A stretch of DNA of 64,000 nucleotides from a bacterium (lineage in GTDB: Bacteria; Zhuqueibacterota; Zhuqueibacteria; Oceanimicrobiales; Oceanimicrobiaceae): NCBI GenBank assembly GCA_037446635.1, contig JBBIIG010000006.1:10625-74624 (forward strand), read 5' to 3'. The notes under the pieces are model-generated. The model did no database searches, was not told the origin of the DNA, and was given only the letters and a program-made list of their open reading frames with translations. This document shows positions 7,721-19,734 of this stretch, piece after piece (positions within the stretch are counted from its first letter, which is position 1; every line of letters starts with the position of its first letter). The position numbers and the translations under genes were made by a program.

Positions 7721-7754
7721 AAAACCCCGGAGTCTTTAAGACTCCGGGGTTTTT
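7721..7754 (+). terminator. Long palindromic terminator (REP-like)
   Basis: AAAACCCCGGAGTCTT-t-AAGACTCCGGGGTTTT. Confidence 0.8.
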
Positions 7755-7802
7755 AATCCCTGCCTATTGTATTTTAACGATTTGTTTTTATATTTATTCT
7801 GT

Positions 7803-8231
7803 ATGAAACCGGGGCGGCCCAAGTACCAACATATCGATCACACCGCCGACGTTGGCATCAAAATTTTTGGTGGCACGCTCAAAGAGTTATTTGAAAATGC
7901 CGCGTTGGGTTTGTTCGACATCATCGCCAATTTGGAGAAGGTGTCGCCAGCGGTCGAGCGGCAAATTACAGTCGAAGCCAGCGACCGCGAAGCGCTGTTG
8001 GTGAACTGGCTCTCCGAATTGAATTTTCTCTTTTTTACGAAGCGGGAAATCTACAAAGAATTTGTGATTGAAAACCTCGATAATTTCAAACTCCGGGCAA
8101 AAGCCAAAGGCGAACGCATCGATTACGACCGCCACGAAATCTTCACCGAAGTGAAAGCGGTGACGTATCACCATTTGTACATCAAAGAGACCCCCGAAGG
8201 TTGGGAAGCACAAGTGATTTTTGATCTTTAA
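7803..8231 (+). CDS. Archease (RtcB cofactor)
   Basis: DHTADVGI, LFENAA, LLVNWLSEL, EVKAVTYH, C-terminal IFDL. Confidence 0.95.
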   Translation: MKPGRPKYQHIDHTADVGIKIFGGTLKELFENAALGLFDIIANLEKVSPAVERQITVEASDREALLVNWLSELNFLFFTKREIYKEFVIENLDNFKLRAKAKGERIDYDRHEIFTEVKAVTYHHLYIKETPEGWEAQVIFDL

Positions 8232-8250
8232 TGAACGCAATGAAAAGCGT

Positions 8251-8331
8251 AACCACGAATTGCACAAATTTCACCAATTTTCCGGGAGATGATTTTCAAA
8301 TTTATTCGTGTAATTGGTGAAATTAGTGGTT
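8251..8331. repeat. Imperfect inverted repeat built from 9-nt periodic units
   Basis: aaccacgaattgcacaaatttcaccaat ... attcgtgtaattggtgaaattagtggtt. Confidence 0.75.
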
Positions 8332-8351
8332 GAATTCTTTGGAGAGTTAAA

Positions 8352-9794
8352 ATGAGTGATTTGAAATTCCATAAAGTCGCCGACTACCTTTGGGAAATTC
8401 CCAAAGAGGGCAAAATGCGCGTGCCCGCTCGCATCTACGCCACCGAAAATATGTTAGATGCCATCCGCAGCGACAACGCGCCGGAGCAAGCGGCCAACGT
8501 CGCGCATTTGCCGGGCATCGTCAACTATTCGTTTGCGATGCCGGATATCCACTGGGGCTACGGCTTTCCCATCGGCGGCGTGGCGGCGTTCGATCTCAAA
8601 AACGGCGTCATCTCGCCCGGCGGGGTGGGATACGACATCAATTGCGGCGTGCGGTTGATGGCATCAAAACTCACGCGGCAGGACATTCAGCCGAAGATGC
8701 ACGAACTGGTGACAGCGCTGTTCCATAAAGTGCCCACCGGCGTCGGCTCAAAAGGCGAGCTGCGGGTGACCGAGAGTGAAGAAAAGCAAGTATTGCTGCA
8801 GGGCGCCGAGTGGGCGGTGAAAAACGGCTACGGCACGGAAGAAGATTTGGAGTACATCGAAGAGAATGGCCGCATCGACGGTGCCAATCCAGTCGTTATC
8901 AGCAAAAAGGCGATGGAGCGCGGACAGGCGCAGCTCGGCACCCTCGGCTCCGGCAACCACTTTCTCGAAGTAGGCTACGTGGCGGAAATTTATGATGACG
9001 AAGCCGCGCGAGTGCTGGGTCTGCACCTCGATCAAATCACCGTGATCATTCACTGCGGCTCGCGGGGATTTGGCTATCAAGTTTGCGAAGATTACATCGA
9101 AGTGATGAACAAAGCGGTGGCGAAGTACGGGATCGAATTGCCGGATCGCCAACTTTGTTGCGCGCCGATCTCCTCGCCGGAGGGTCAGGAATATTTGACC
9201 GCCATGCGCTGCGCCATCAACTATGCGTTTTGCAATCGGCAAGTGATTGCGGCGTGGACGCGACAGGCATTCGAGCAGGCGCTGCGAAAGGGTCCGAAAG
9301 ACATTGGGCTGCGAGTGGTGTACGAAGTGGCGCACAACATCGCCAAAGTCGAAAAGCACAGAGTGGATGGCAAAGAAATGGAGGTATGCGTGCACCGCAA
9401 AGGCGCGACGCGGGCGTTTGCGCCGGGCTCAAAAGAGATTCCGTCGGCGTATCAGAGCGTCGGTCAGCCGGTGCTGATTCCTGGCGACATGGGGCGCTAC
9501 TCGTACGTGCTGGTTGGAACCCAAGGGGCGATGGAGCAGACGTTCGGCTCTACCTGTCACGGCGCGGGCCGGGCCATGAGCCGGCACAAAGCCATCAAAG
9601 CGGCGAAGGGGAGATCGATTGCGCGCGAACTGCAGGATCGCGGCATCTACGTAAAAGGCGCCAGCCGCCGCACCATCGACGAGGAAATTCCGGAGGCCTA
9701 CAAAGACGTGGCGAATGTAGTGGATGCGTGCCAGTTGGCGGGGATTTCCAAGAAGGTGGCGCAGCTCAGGCCGCTGGGGTGCATCAAGGGGTGA
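8352..9794 (+). CDS. rtcB: RNA 3'-phosphate/5'-OH ligase RtcB (archease-associated type)
   Basis: MPDIHWGYGFPIGG, GYDINCG, GTLGSGNHF, HCGSRG, HRKGAT, STCHGAGR. Confidence 0.97.
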   Translation: MSDLKFHKVADYLWEIPKEGKMRVPARIYATENMLDAIRSDNAPEQAANVAHLPGIVNYSFAMPDIHWGYGFPIGGVAAFDLKNGVISPGGVGYDINCGVRLMASKLTRQDIQPKMHELVTALFHKVPTGVGSKGELRVTESEEKQVLLQGAEWAVKNGYGTEEDLEYIEENGRIDGANPVVISKKAMERGQAQLGTLGSGNHFLEVGYVAEIYDDEAARVLGLHLDQITVIIHCGSRGFGYQVCEDYIEVMNKAVAKYGIELPDRQLCCAPISSPEGQEYLTAMRCAINYAFCNRQVIAAWTRQAFEQALRKGPKDIGLRVVYEVAHNIAKVEKHRVDGKEMEVCVHRKGATRAFAPGSKEIPSAYQSVGQPVLIPGDMGRYSYVLVGTQGAMEQTFGSTCHGAGRAMSRHKAIKAAKGRSIARELQDRGIYVKGASRRTIDEEIPEAYKDVANVVDACQLAGISKKVAQLRPLGCIKG

Positions 9795-9797
9795 GAG

Positions 9798-9998
9798 ATG
9801 AATCTAACCCCAAAGCAAAAAGAGAATATTTCCAAATATCTTTTCGACGTCAGTAAACTCTCTTTTGGCGGATTGGTGATTGGAGATTTGATCAAAGATC
9901 ATCGAGTGACACCGTGGATATTAATAAGCGGGGTCATTTTTTCAATATTGGCATTTGTTTTAGCGGTAATCCTTGACCGAGGAGGTGACAAATCATGA
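9798..9998 (+). CDS. Small two-TM membrane protein (DUF6722-like)
   Basis: KENISKYLFDVSKLSFGGLVIG motif plus hydrophobic C-terminal helix; AT-rich. Confidence 0.7.
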   Translation: MNLTPKQKENISKYLFDVSKLSFGGLVIGDLIKDHRVTPWILISGVIFSILAFVLAVILDRGGDKS

Positions 9999-10090
9999 CA
10001 TTAGGAATCATCTTCATTATTGGCAGCATTATTCTGGCGGGCTGTATTATTTATCTTGCACTAAACAAACCGAAGCAAAAGCAGGGTTGA
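9995..10090 (+). CDS. 31-aa single-TM microprotein
   Basis: MTLGIIFIIGSIILAGCIIYLALNKPKQKQG; SD GGAGGTG; ATGA overlap with upstream gene. Confidence 0.75.
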   Translation: MTLGIIFIIGSIILAGCIIYLALNKPKQKQG

Positions 10091-10170
10091 TTTTGCGGAC
10101 ATGAGATGGCAGATCGCACATCTAGAGGGAAGGACGCCGCCTGCGCTCTTAGATTAGGGAGGTGTTTCCC

Positions 10171-10280
10171 ATGATGAACTGGGTATTATCTTTATTATCG
10201 GCAGTGTCGTTGCGGCGGGATTTATCATTTACCTTATTTTTTATAAGCCGGCGCAACGCGATCAAGACCGGAGGTATTGA
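10171..10280 (+). pseudogene. Frameshifted paralogue of the 31-aa microprotein
   Basis: SD GGAGGTG and ATG at 10171, but the homologous frame ELGIIFIIGSVVAAGFIIYLIFYKPAQRDQDRRY* (10176-10280) is out of phase with the ATG and has no start of its own. Confidence 0.65.
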
Positions 10281-10358
10281 TCCTCTCCTAATGTTGCCCG
10301 AGTTGCAATCGTTATAAAGGTGCAAAAAGGAAGGTTGCCGATCACTCTCAAGTTTTGA

Positions 10359-12389
<2,031 letters not shown>

Positions 12390-12413
12390 CAATAAACCAA
12401 CAAAGGAGGAATC

Positions 12414-12818
12414 ATGTCAAACAACGGTGATAGCGGGTTCGATTTTTTCAAAGGCTTTCTTTTTGGCGGCGTGGTGGGCGCGGTGATTGCGTTGTTGTAC
12501 GCTCCCAAGTCCGGCAAAGAAACGCGCGATGAAATTCGGCGGCGCTCTTTGGAGTTGCGCGACGATGCCGAAGCCAAGTTAGAGTTGGCGCGACAGCAGG
12601 CCGAGGCGTACCTAGAGAAGGCCAAGCAGAAGCTCGATGAACTGCGCCACGAAGTTGAAGAATCGGTAGCCACCGTAAAAAGCCGGGCCAGTGGTTTAGT
12701 TGAAGAGGGAAAAGGCATTGTTGGCAAGGAAACCAGCCGCATCAAAGACGCCATCGACGCGGGCGTGAGCGCCTATAAAGAAGAGAAGGCCGTCAAAAGT
12801 AAAAAGAGTACGGACTAA
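12414..12818 (+). CDS. YtxH domain protein
   Basis: GFLFGGVVGAVIALLYAPKSGKETR followed by coiled coil. Confidence 0.88.
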   Translation: MSNNGDSGFDFFKGFLFGGVVGAVIALLYAPKSGKETRDEIRRRSLELRDDAEAKLELARQQAEAYLEKAKQKLDELRHEVEESVATVKSRASGLVEEGKGIVGKETSRIKDAIDAGVSAYKEEKAVKSKKSTD

Positions 12819-12832
12819 GGGTAGGGGACAAC

Positions 12833-13216
12833 ATGGTTATCTCGATAAGTGTTGCTGTTATCGCCGCGCTGCTTTTCATCATCACGATTTTTGCTGTGGC
12901 GGCTTCGCTGCGGGCGATGAAAGCATTTGGTGAAGCGCAAAAACTGATGGAAGCGGTGCGTTTTCAAATGGCGCCCATCACCCACGATCTCGCCCAGATA
13001 CTCAACCACGTGCGCACCATCGCACGCGCGGCCGAACATCAAATTGAAAAAGTCAGCGAAAGCGTGACCGCGGTGCGCGATACCGCCCGCAACATCCGAG
13101 AATTCGAAGCCCTGATTCAGGAGCGGATTGAGCGCCCGCTGCTGGATATCACCGCCGTTCTTTCGGCGCTGCTAAAAGGCGGCAAAGTTTTCTGGAATAG
13201 CATTAGAAAACGCTGA
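12833..13216 (+). CDS. DUF948/YoxC-like membrane-anchored helical protein
   Basis: N-terminal TM then amphipathic helices; typical neighbour of YtxH. Confidence 0.65.
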   Translation: MVISISVAVIAALLFIITIFAVAASLRAMKAFGEAQKLMEAVRFQMAPITHDLAQILNHVRTIARAAEHQIEKVSESVTAVRDTARNIREFEALIQERIERPLLDITAVLSALLKGGKVFWNSIRKR

Positions 13217-13235
13217 TCGTTTGCGGTTGTCTTGA

Positions 13236-16200
13236 ATGGAATCTAGGGCCAAACTCATAGCTCCGATGAGCCTCCTCATCATCGGAGCGCTTGCTTTGGG
13301 CTTGACGGTCGTAACGTCTGCTATCTCCCGGCTGCCATTGCGCATTGCGCATACGCCGCAGGGGCACGGCTTCGTGGAATACTTCGTGGCGTATTTGGCG
13401 ATCTGCCTCTTTTTTATCTGTCTGCGCCGTTTTCTGCTGCAGCGCACTAAGGAATTCTTGTTGTTTGGCCTCGGCTTTTCGACCTACGCCATTTTTCAGA
13501 TTTTTCAGAATCTTTCGTTTCCGGGTTTCCACAACTTGGCGTGGTTTCAGCCGTCGCTCAATTTGAGCTTGGCGTTCGACTTAGCCGCGCGCCTGGCGTT
13601 GGCTTTGTTTTTCCTTTTTGGGATTTTGAACGTCAACCGCCCCTTTGTGCAGCCCACACTTCGCAACATCGGCTTGATTTACCTCAACTCGGTGACGGCC
13701 ATTTTTTTAGCAGCGATTTTGTTTTACAGTTTTTTGCCCGCCGTTTTTTATCAGCACCAGCAGGCGACCGCCCTGAAAAAGGGTTTGGATGGTTTGTGCG
13801 CCCTGCTTTTTTTAGCTTGCGCCGGTTTACTGTTTCGGCTTTATGTGCGCAAGCGCCACGTCCTCTATTTCTGGTTTGCGCTGGCGGCGATTTTCGGAGT
13901 CTTCACCAACCTGCACCTGGGTTTATGGAAAACGCTGTACGATCCCAACTTCAGTTTCGGCCATCTGCTCAACATCTTTTTTTTCTCAACCATTCTGATC
14001 GGTATTTTTGCGGACCACTTCCGCTTTGTTGAAAGCGAAGCCGAGCTGCGCGAGTCGCTTGAAAAATCCAAAGAAAATTTGGAGATGAGCGAAAAGACCT
14101 TCCGCACGTTTGTGGAAAACATGGCGGACGGCTTCGTGGTTACCGATAAAAACGGCGCTATCGTCTTCTGTAATCAGGCTTTGGCGGATATGCTTGATTA
14201 CAGCAAAACCTTTTTGACTGGCTCCGCGTTCTCAAAACTTCTCCCGGAAAACACCAATTTCGAGGCCCTGTTCAAAGACGATTCGCCGGCGCGGCAATTG
14301 GAAATCGAAATGATCTCGCGCGATAAGCGCCGGGTGCCGGTGCTGCTCAACGTGGCGCGCATCAGCGGCGGCAAGGGCGAGTTTGCCGGCCTGCAGGCCG
14401 TGGTAACGAATTTGTCCCGCCGCAAAAAGGTCGAGCGCGATCTCGAAAACCTTGTCAAAGAGAAAACCAAAAATATCGAAATTTTTCGGCAGTGCATCGA
14501 GAACTCCACCGACGGCATCCTCATCACCGATATCGACGGCCGCATCACCTATTCCAACCGCGCCTTCGATTTCATGACTAATTTTTTGAAGAGTGAGCTG
14601 ATAGGAAAAGAGACGTCGGTTCTGCTGTGCGACGATCGCAGCGAGGCCGTTCACGAGCAAATTTGGAAAACCGTGCGCGAGGGCCGGGTTTGGCGCGGCG
14701 AATTTAACACCCGCCGCAAGGACGGCAGCGGCTTCATCGGCGAAGTGGCGGTGGTGCCCATCGGCGATGAAGACGGCGCCGCCAGCAACTTCCTTTGGAT
14801 TGAAACCGATATCACCCGCCGCAAAACCCTCGAGCGCAGCCTGCAAAAATACGCCGAAGAGCTCACCAGCAAAACCAGCGAGCTGGAAGCCGCCAAAACC
14901 TATTATGAAACTCTCATCTCCGGCATGACCGATATTTTGATCGTGGTGGATAATGAGGGCGAGTGCACTTTCATCAACGATTACGGCAGGCAGCGGCTGC
15001 AGCTTCGCAGTGACGAGCTCACCAAAGGCCGGCTGCCCATTTTCTTTGATGATTTGAAACGGCTGGAGAAAGATTACGGCTCGCGCATCAACGTGGAGAT
15101 CAAGGATTTCGAGTCGGTGATCAAAACCAGAGACGGCGAGGCCATTCTCTGCAGTTGGCACGCGCGTCCGCTGTTCGATCGCTTCGGCCGCCGGGTGGGC
15201 GCCATGGCCGTGGGGCGCGACATCAGCGAATACAAAAAGATGCAGACCGAGCTCCATGAATACACCAAAAATTTGGAGAACAAGGTCAAAGATCGAACGA
15301 AGGAACTGCAGCAGCGCGTCAATCAATTGGCGCGGCTTTTGGAGATCGGCGAGGAGATTCGCCTCAACGTCGATGTCGATGTCATCCTCAACAAAATTTG
15401 CGAAGCGGTGCAGGCCCTCGGTTGGCGGCGAGTGGTGATTTCGCTGCGGGATTACGAGACGCGCACGTCGCGGGCCGTGGCCGCGGCCGGCCTGACCCCG
15501 CAGGATTTGGAAGAAGTGATGAGCTGGACCGCCATTCCATTTGAAGAGAGCGAGAAATTTTTCAAAGAGGAATTTCAAATCAGCAATTCGTATTTTATCG
15601 GCCACGAGCGCAAGCTGATCACGCGCAAATCCCCGCACACGCTTTCCTACGATCTCGGCGAGCGCCAGGCCGATGAATGGCACAGCCTCGATGCACTGCT
15701 GGTGCCCATTCGCTCGAAGGCGAAGATTTTAGGCGTCATCAGCGTGGACGATCCCGAAGACCGCCGGCGCCCCACGCCCGAGCGCATCCGCGATTTGGAG
15801 ATTTTTGCGGATAAAGCGGCGCTGGCCATCGAAAACGCCCGCCACCTTGAAATTCAAAAAGAGAACGAGCGCCAGGCTAAATTTCTGGTGGAGATCGGCC
15901 AAATCTTTCATTCCAGCCTGAAGATGTCGGAAGTGGTGGAGGCCATCGTCACCAAAGGCGGCAAGGCCATCGGTGAATTGTGCAGTTTGATGCTGATGGA
16001 TGCGGGAGAAAATCTCATCCCGCAGGCTTCGTACCACGAGAAGCCGGAGCTGATCGACCTGTTTAATCAAGGCTGTGAAAAGTACCCCTGCCGCGCTGGC
16101 GCCGATTTCGTCGGCAGCGTGGTGGCCACTGGCCAGCCGCTGCTGATGTCGCGGCCGTTTCCGCAGCACTTGCAGGATTTTTATGAAACGCCGTTTTATT

Positions 16201-18053
16201 CATTAAACCGCCAGCGCCCGATCAGCTCGCTGATGATTTTGCCGCTGCGCGCCCGCGATCGCGTTTTGGGCGTCATGGTGTTTCTGCAATTTCAGCCCAA
16301 GCGTAAATACAAGCACGAGGAGCTGACCCTGGCGCAGGAGCTCACCGATCGTGCGGCGCTGGCCATCGAAAACGCCCGCTTGTTCGAGGAAGCGGGCGAT
16401 AAGGCGCGGCAATTGGAGAAGGCCAATAAACTCAAGTCGGAATTTTTGGCCAATGTCTCTCACGAGCTGCGCACGCCGTTGAACGCCATCATCACGCTGA
16501 CAGACATTTTGATGCGCGGCATCCCCGGCGATTTGAACGCCGAACAAATCCGCCAACTGCAAATCATTCAGCGCAGCGGCAGCAATCTCCTCAATCTTAT
16601 CAATGACATTCTCGATCTTTCTAAAATCGAAGCCGGCAAAATCGAGCCGATTTATTCGCCCATTCCCATTCGCGCGGTGGTGGAAGAGACCATCGAGCAT
16701 ATTCGGCCGCTTTGCATTCGCAAGCGCCTCGAGTTGGAATACCTGCCCGCCGCCGATGTGCCGGAAATCATTTTCAGCGATCAGGATAAGTTGACCAAAG
16801 CGTTGACCAACGTCATCGCCAACGCGGTCAAATTCACCGACCACGGTAAAATTTCCGTCCTGCTGAACGTGCAGGATGATAAGTTGCGGATCGATGTCAG
16901 CGACACCGGTGTCGGCATCCCAGAAGATCGACTCGAAGACATTTTTAAAGAATTTCAGCAGGTGGATAGTTCCGATTCCCGCAAATATGGCGGCACCGGC
17001 TTGGGGTTGACCATCGCGCGCAAAATGCTCACCATCCTCGGCGGCTCGATTTCCGTCGCCAGCCAGGTGGGAAGGGGATCAACTTTCACCATCCTCCTGC
17101 CCCTGAAAACCGAGAGCGAGATCGCTGCGGCGAAGCGCTTCGATTCCCGACGCGCGCCGCCGATCGGGGAGTTCGAGCTCGACGTGAGCGACGATCGCGA
17201 TCGCCTCGACGCCCGCAAAAAGATCGTGCTGATCATCGATGACGAGAAAGAAGCGATTTACATCATGCAGCAGTATTTGCACGAACACGACTACCAGATT
17301 ATCTTCCCTCATAACGGCGAAAATGCTTTAGAATTGGCGGAGCTTTACTCGCCGTTTGTGATTACCCTCGATATTCTCATGCCCGGGCAAAGCGGCTGGG
17401 AAGTGCTCGATTTATTGAAGAGCGACGAACGCACCAAAGAAATTCCGGTGGTCGTCACTTCGATTTTGCAGGAAAGAGAGCGGGCGTTGGCGATGGGCGC
17501 CGCGGAATATTTGGTGAAGCCGTTCGAGCCGCAAAAATTGCTGGCGGTTTTAGCCGCGCTGGATTCGCGCTCGCTGAAACGAAGAATTTTCCCGGAGCTG
17601 CCGGATTTTTCCAAAATCAAAAAAGCGCTGCGCGCCAAGTTGTATTTTGCTTTTAACCAGCGCAAGCTGCCCGAGCTGCGATCCCGCATTTTGCTGGTTG
17701 ATGATGATAAAGATACCCAGTACGCCATGAAGTACATCCTCGAACAAGCGGGCTATCAAGTCTATTTTGCCAACGAAGGAGGAGAGGCGCTGCAGCAAGC
17801 GCAGCTCATCAAACCGAATTTAATTTTGATGGATATTATGATGCCGGAGATGGACGGCTACGAAGCCACGCGCCAATTGAAAGCCAATCACGATTTCAAA
17901 AATATTCCCATCATTGCCATGACCGCCAAAGCCATGAAAGGCGACCGCGAAAAAATACTGCTCGCCGGCTGCGACGATTACATCGCCAAGCCTTTTATGA
18001 CCAAAGAAATTCTTCAGCTGGTGGAGAAGTGGCTTCAGCAAAGCCTCAATTGA
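13236..18053 (+). CDS. Hybrid sensor histidine kinase (multi-TM sensor, 3 PAS, 2 GAF, HisKA, HATPase, 2 receivers)
   Basis: KSEFLANVSHELRTPLN, NAVKFT, DTGVGI, GGTGLGL; receivers IIDDE..LDILMP and LVDDD..MDIMMP. Confidence 0.95.
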   Translation: MESRAKLIAPMSLLIIGALALGLTVVTSAISRLPLRIAHTPQGHGFVEYFVAYLAICLFFICLRRFLLQRTKEFLLFGLGFSTYAIFQIFQNLSFPGFHNLAWFQPSLNLSLAFDLAARLALALFFLFGILNVNRPFVQPTLRNIGLIYLNSVTAIFLAAILFYSFLPAVFYQHQQATALKKGLDGLCALLFLACAGLLFRLYVRKRHVLYFWFALAAIFGVFTNLHLGLWKTLYDPNFSFGHLLNIFFFSTILIGIFADHFRFVESEAELRESLEKSKENLEMSEKTFRTFVENMADGFVVTDKNGAIVFCNQALADMLDYSKTFLTGSAFSKLLPENTNFEALFKDDSPARQLEIEMISRDKRRVPVLLNVARISGGKGEFAGLQAVVTNLSRRKKVERDLENLVKEKTKNIEIFRQCIENSTDGILITDIDGRITYSNRAFDFMTNFLKSELIGKETSVLLCDDRSEAVHEQIWKTVREGRVWRGEFNTRRKDGSGFIGEVAVVPIGDEDGAASNFLWIETDITRRKTLERSLQKYAEELTSKTSELEAAKTYYETLISGMTDILIVVDNEGECTFINDYGRQRLQLRSDELTKGRLPIFFDDLKRLEKDYGSRINVEIKDFESVIKTRDGEAILCSWHARPLFDRFGRRVGAMAVGRDISEYKKMQTELHEYTKNLENKVKDRTKELQQRVNQLARLLEIGEEIRLNVDVDVILNKICEAVQALGWRRVVISLRDYETRTSRAVAAAGLTPQDLEEVMSWTAIPFEESEKFFKEEFQISNSYFIGHERKLITRKSPHTLSYDLGERQADEWHSLDALLVPIRSKAKILGVISVDDPEDRRRPTPERIRDLEIFADKAALAIENARHLEIQKENERQAKFLVEIGQIFHSSLKMSEVVEAIVTKGGKAIGELCSLMLMDAGENLIPQASYHEKPELIDLFNQGCEKYPCRAGADFVGSVVATGQPLLMSRPFPQHLQDFYETPFYSLNRQRPISSLMILPLRARDRVLGVMVFLQFQPKRKYKHEELTLAQELTDRAALAIENARLFEEAGDKARQLEKANKLKSEFLANVSHELRTPLNAIITLTDILMRGIPGDLNAEQIRQLQIIQRSGSNLLNLINDILDLSKIEAGKIEPIYSPIPIRAVVEETIEHIRPLCIRKRLELEYLPAADVPEIIFSDQDKLTKALTNVIANAVKFTDHGKISVLLNVQDDKLRIDVSDTGVGIPEDRLEDIFKEFQQVDSSDSRKYGGTGLGLTIARKMLTILGGSISVASQVGRGSTFTILLPLKTESEIAAAKRFDSRRAPPIGEFELDVSDDRDRLDARKKIVLIIDDEKEAIYIMQQYLHEHDYQIIFPHNGENALELAELYSPFVITLDILMPGQSGWEVLDLLKSDERTKEIPVVVTSILQERERALAMGAAEYLVKPFEPQKLLAVLAALDSRSLKRRIFPELPDFSKIKKALRAKLYFAFNQRKLPELRSRILLVDDDKDTQYAMKYILEQAGYQVYFANEGGEALQQAQLIKPNLILMDIMMPEMDGYEATRQLKANHDFKNIPIIAMTAKAMKGDREKILLAGCDDYIAKPFMTKEILQLVEKWLQQSLN

Positions 18054-18207
18054 ACTCATCGCTTACATAAGACATCTGTTTCACTCTGGCACACTTTTAC
18101 GGAAATCTCACTCCGCCGCCAGTTGTAGCCTCGCTTCTTGAAATGAATCTTCGCTTTATTTCTTAACGATTTATCTCACTCAATAAAAAATCGTTTAGCG
18201 GCTTGGC

Positions 18208-18222
18208 TGGCATACTTTTGGC
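18208..18222 (+). promoter_or_regulatory. Possible sigma54 -24/-12 promoter
   Basis: TGGCATACTTTTGGC: GG-N10-GC spacing correct, TG instead of TT before GC. Confidence 0.45.
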
Positions 18223-18258
18223 TTTTTCAAAAGCTATCAAGGAGGGCCGCGTTCTCAC

Positions 18259-19626
18259 ATGACGTTCAAAAATCACAGAATTCTCATCGCCGATGGCGAG
18301 GGCTCGTTGATGAACGGCTTTCAGCAACAGCTTCACGAAGCGGGCTACGAAGTCGTGGCTGCGGCCAGCGGCGCCGAAGCACTGCGAAAACTGCTGCGCA
18401 ATGATTTTGGCGTGTTGGTGACCGATACGACGCTGCCCGATTGCAGCGGCTTGGAGTTGTTGAGCCACGTTAAAGAGCGCGGCATTTTAACGGAAATTAT
18501 CGTCCTTTCCGAGCCAGGCTCCGTTGCCGACGCCGTCGATGCCATAAAAAAAGGCGCCTACGATTATTTGGAAAAACCGCTGCCTCCCCAGCGTTTGCAT
18601 TCCGCGATCACGAACGCGCTCCAGCGGTACCTCTTACTGGCGTCGTACCGGCCGTTGCAGCAGCAGCCTGAAAACCGCACCCGCTACGAGGATTTGATTG
18701 GCCAAAGCTGCGAGATGCAGGCAGTCTATAAATTAATTGATGCGGTGGCCGATTCCACGGCCAACGTCATCATTACCGGTGAGAGCGGCACCGGCAAAGA
18801 ACTGGTGGCGCGCGCCATCCACAAAAAGAGCAGCCGCGCCAATGGGCCGTTTGTGGCGATGAATTGTTCAGCATTCCCGGTGGAAATTTTAGAAAACGAA
18901 TTGTTCGGACACGAGCAGGGGGCGTTCACCGGCGCGCTCAAAGAGAAGCCCGGCTGCTTCGAGCTGGCGCACAAAGGCACGCTGTTTTTGGACGAGGTGT
19001 GTGAAATGCCGCTGGAAACTCAGGCGAAGCTGCTGCGCGCGCTGGAAGAGCGGCGGTTCCGCCGGCTCGGCGGCAAAGACGAAATCGAGGTGGACGTGCG
19101 GGTCATTTCGGCTTCCAACAAAAATCTCGAACAGGCGCTGCTGGACAAAACTCTGCGCGAAGATATTTATTATCGCCTGTGTGTGGTGGAAATCGACCTG
19201 CCGCCGCTGCGGGAGCGCCGCGGCGACATCCCACTGTTGACGAACGAGTTTGTCAAGTATTTCAGCAAAAAGAATCTTAAAAACGTGCTTGACTTTTCTC
19301 CGCAAGCCCTCGAAGCCTTGAATCGCTATCATTGGCCGGGAAACGTGCGCGAGCTGAAAAATACCGTCGAGCGGGCGGTGGTGCTGGCGCCCGGGCCGAC
19401 GATTCAGCTGCGGGATTTACCAAAACGGCTGTTTAATTCAAACGGCAGCCTGCCAACATTGGATCTTCAAATCCCCATCGGAACCAGCTTGCGCGCAGTC
19501 GAAAAAGAATTGATCCTCAAAACGCTGGATCATCTCAACAACAATAAAACGCGCACCGCGCAGACGTTGGGCATCAGTCTAAAAACGCTTCACAACAAAC
19601 TCAATCTTTATAAAGCAGAAAAGTAA
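18259..19626 (+). CDS. sigma54-dependent NtrC-family response regulator
   Basis: Receiver, GESGTGKE, GAFTGA, LFLDEV, WPGNVREL, Fis-type HTH. Confidence 0.95.
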   Translation: MTFKNHRILIADGEGSLMNGFQQQLHEAGYEVVAAASGAEALRKLLRNDFGVLVTDTTLPDCSGLELLSHVKERGILTEIIVLSEPGSVADAVDAIKKGAYDYLEKPLPPQRLHSAITNALQRYLLLASYRPLQQQPENRTRYEDLIGQSCEMQAVYKLIDAVADSTANVIITGESGTGKELVARAIHKKSSRANGPFVAMNCSAFPVEILENELFGHEQGAFTGALKEKPGCFELAHKGTLFLDEVCEMPLETQAKLLRALEERRFRRLGGKDEIEVDVRVISASNKNLEQALLDKTLREDIYYRLCVVEIDLPPLRERRGDIPLLTNEFVKYFSKKNLKNVLDFSPQALEALNRYHWPGNVRELKNTVERAVVLAPGPTIQLRDLPKRLFNSNGSLPTLDLQIPIGTSLRAVEKELILKTLDHLNNNKTRTAQTLGISLKTLHNKLNLYKAEK

Positions 19627-19734
19627 ACCATGAAAATTTTTCTTATTCACAGCCATTTGCGGCGGGCGCGTCTCGTTTCGTTGCGCGCCGTTAAAGCTTG
19701 ATTCAAATGAAGTAGCGCGCCATCGCTAATTTAA

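Noticed and set aside
7451..7806. ORFs overlapping the tRNA region (7451-7717 minus, 7582-7806 plus)
   Set aside because: Spurious translations of tRNA sequence
14232..15683. 483-aa minus-strand ORF
   Set aside because: Antisense to the hybrid kinase; shadow ORF
18087..18101. TGGCAC sigma54-like site
   Set aside because: No GC at the -12 position
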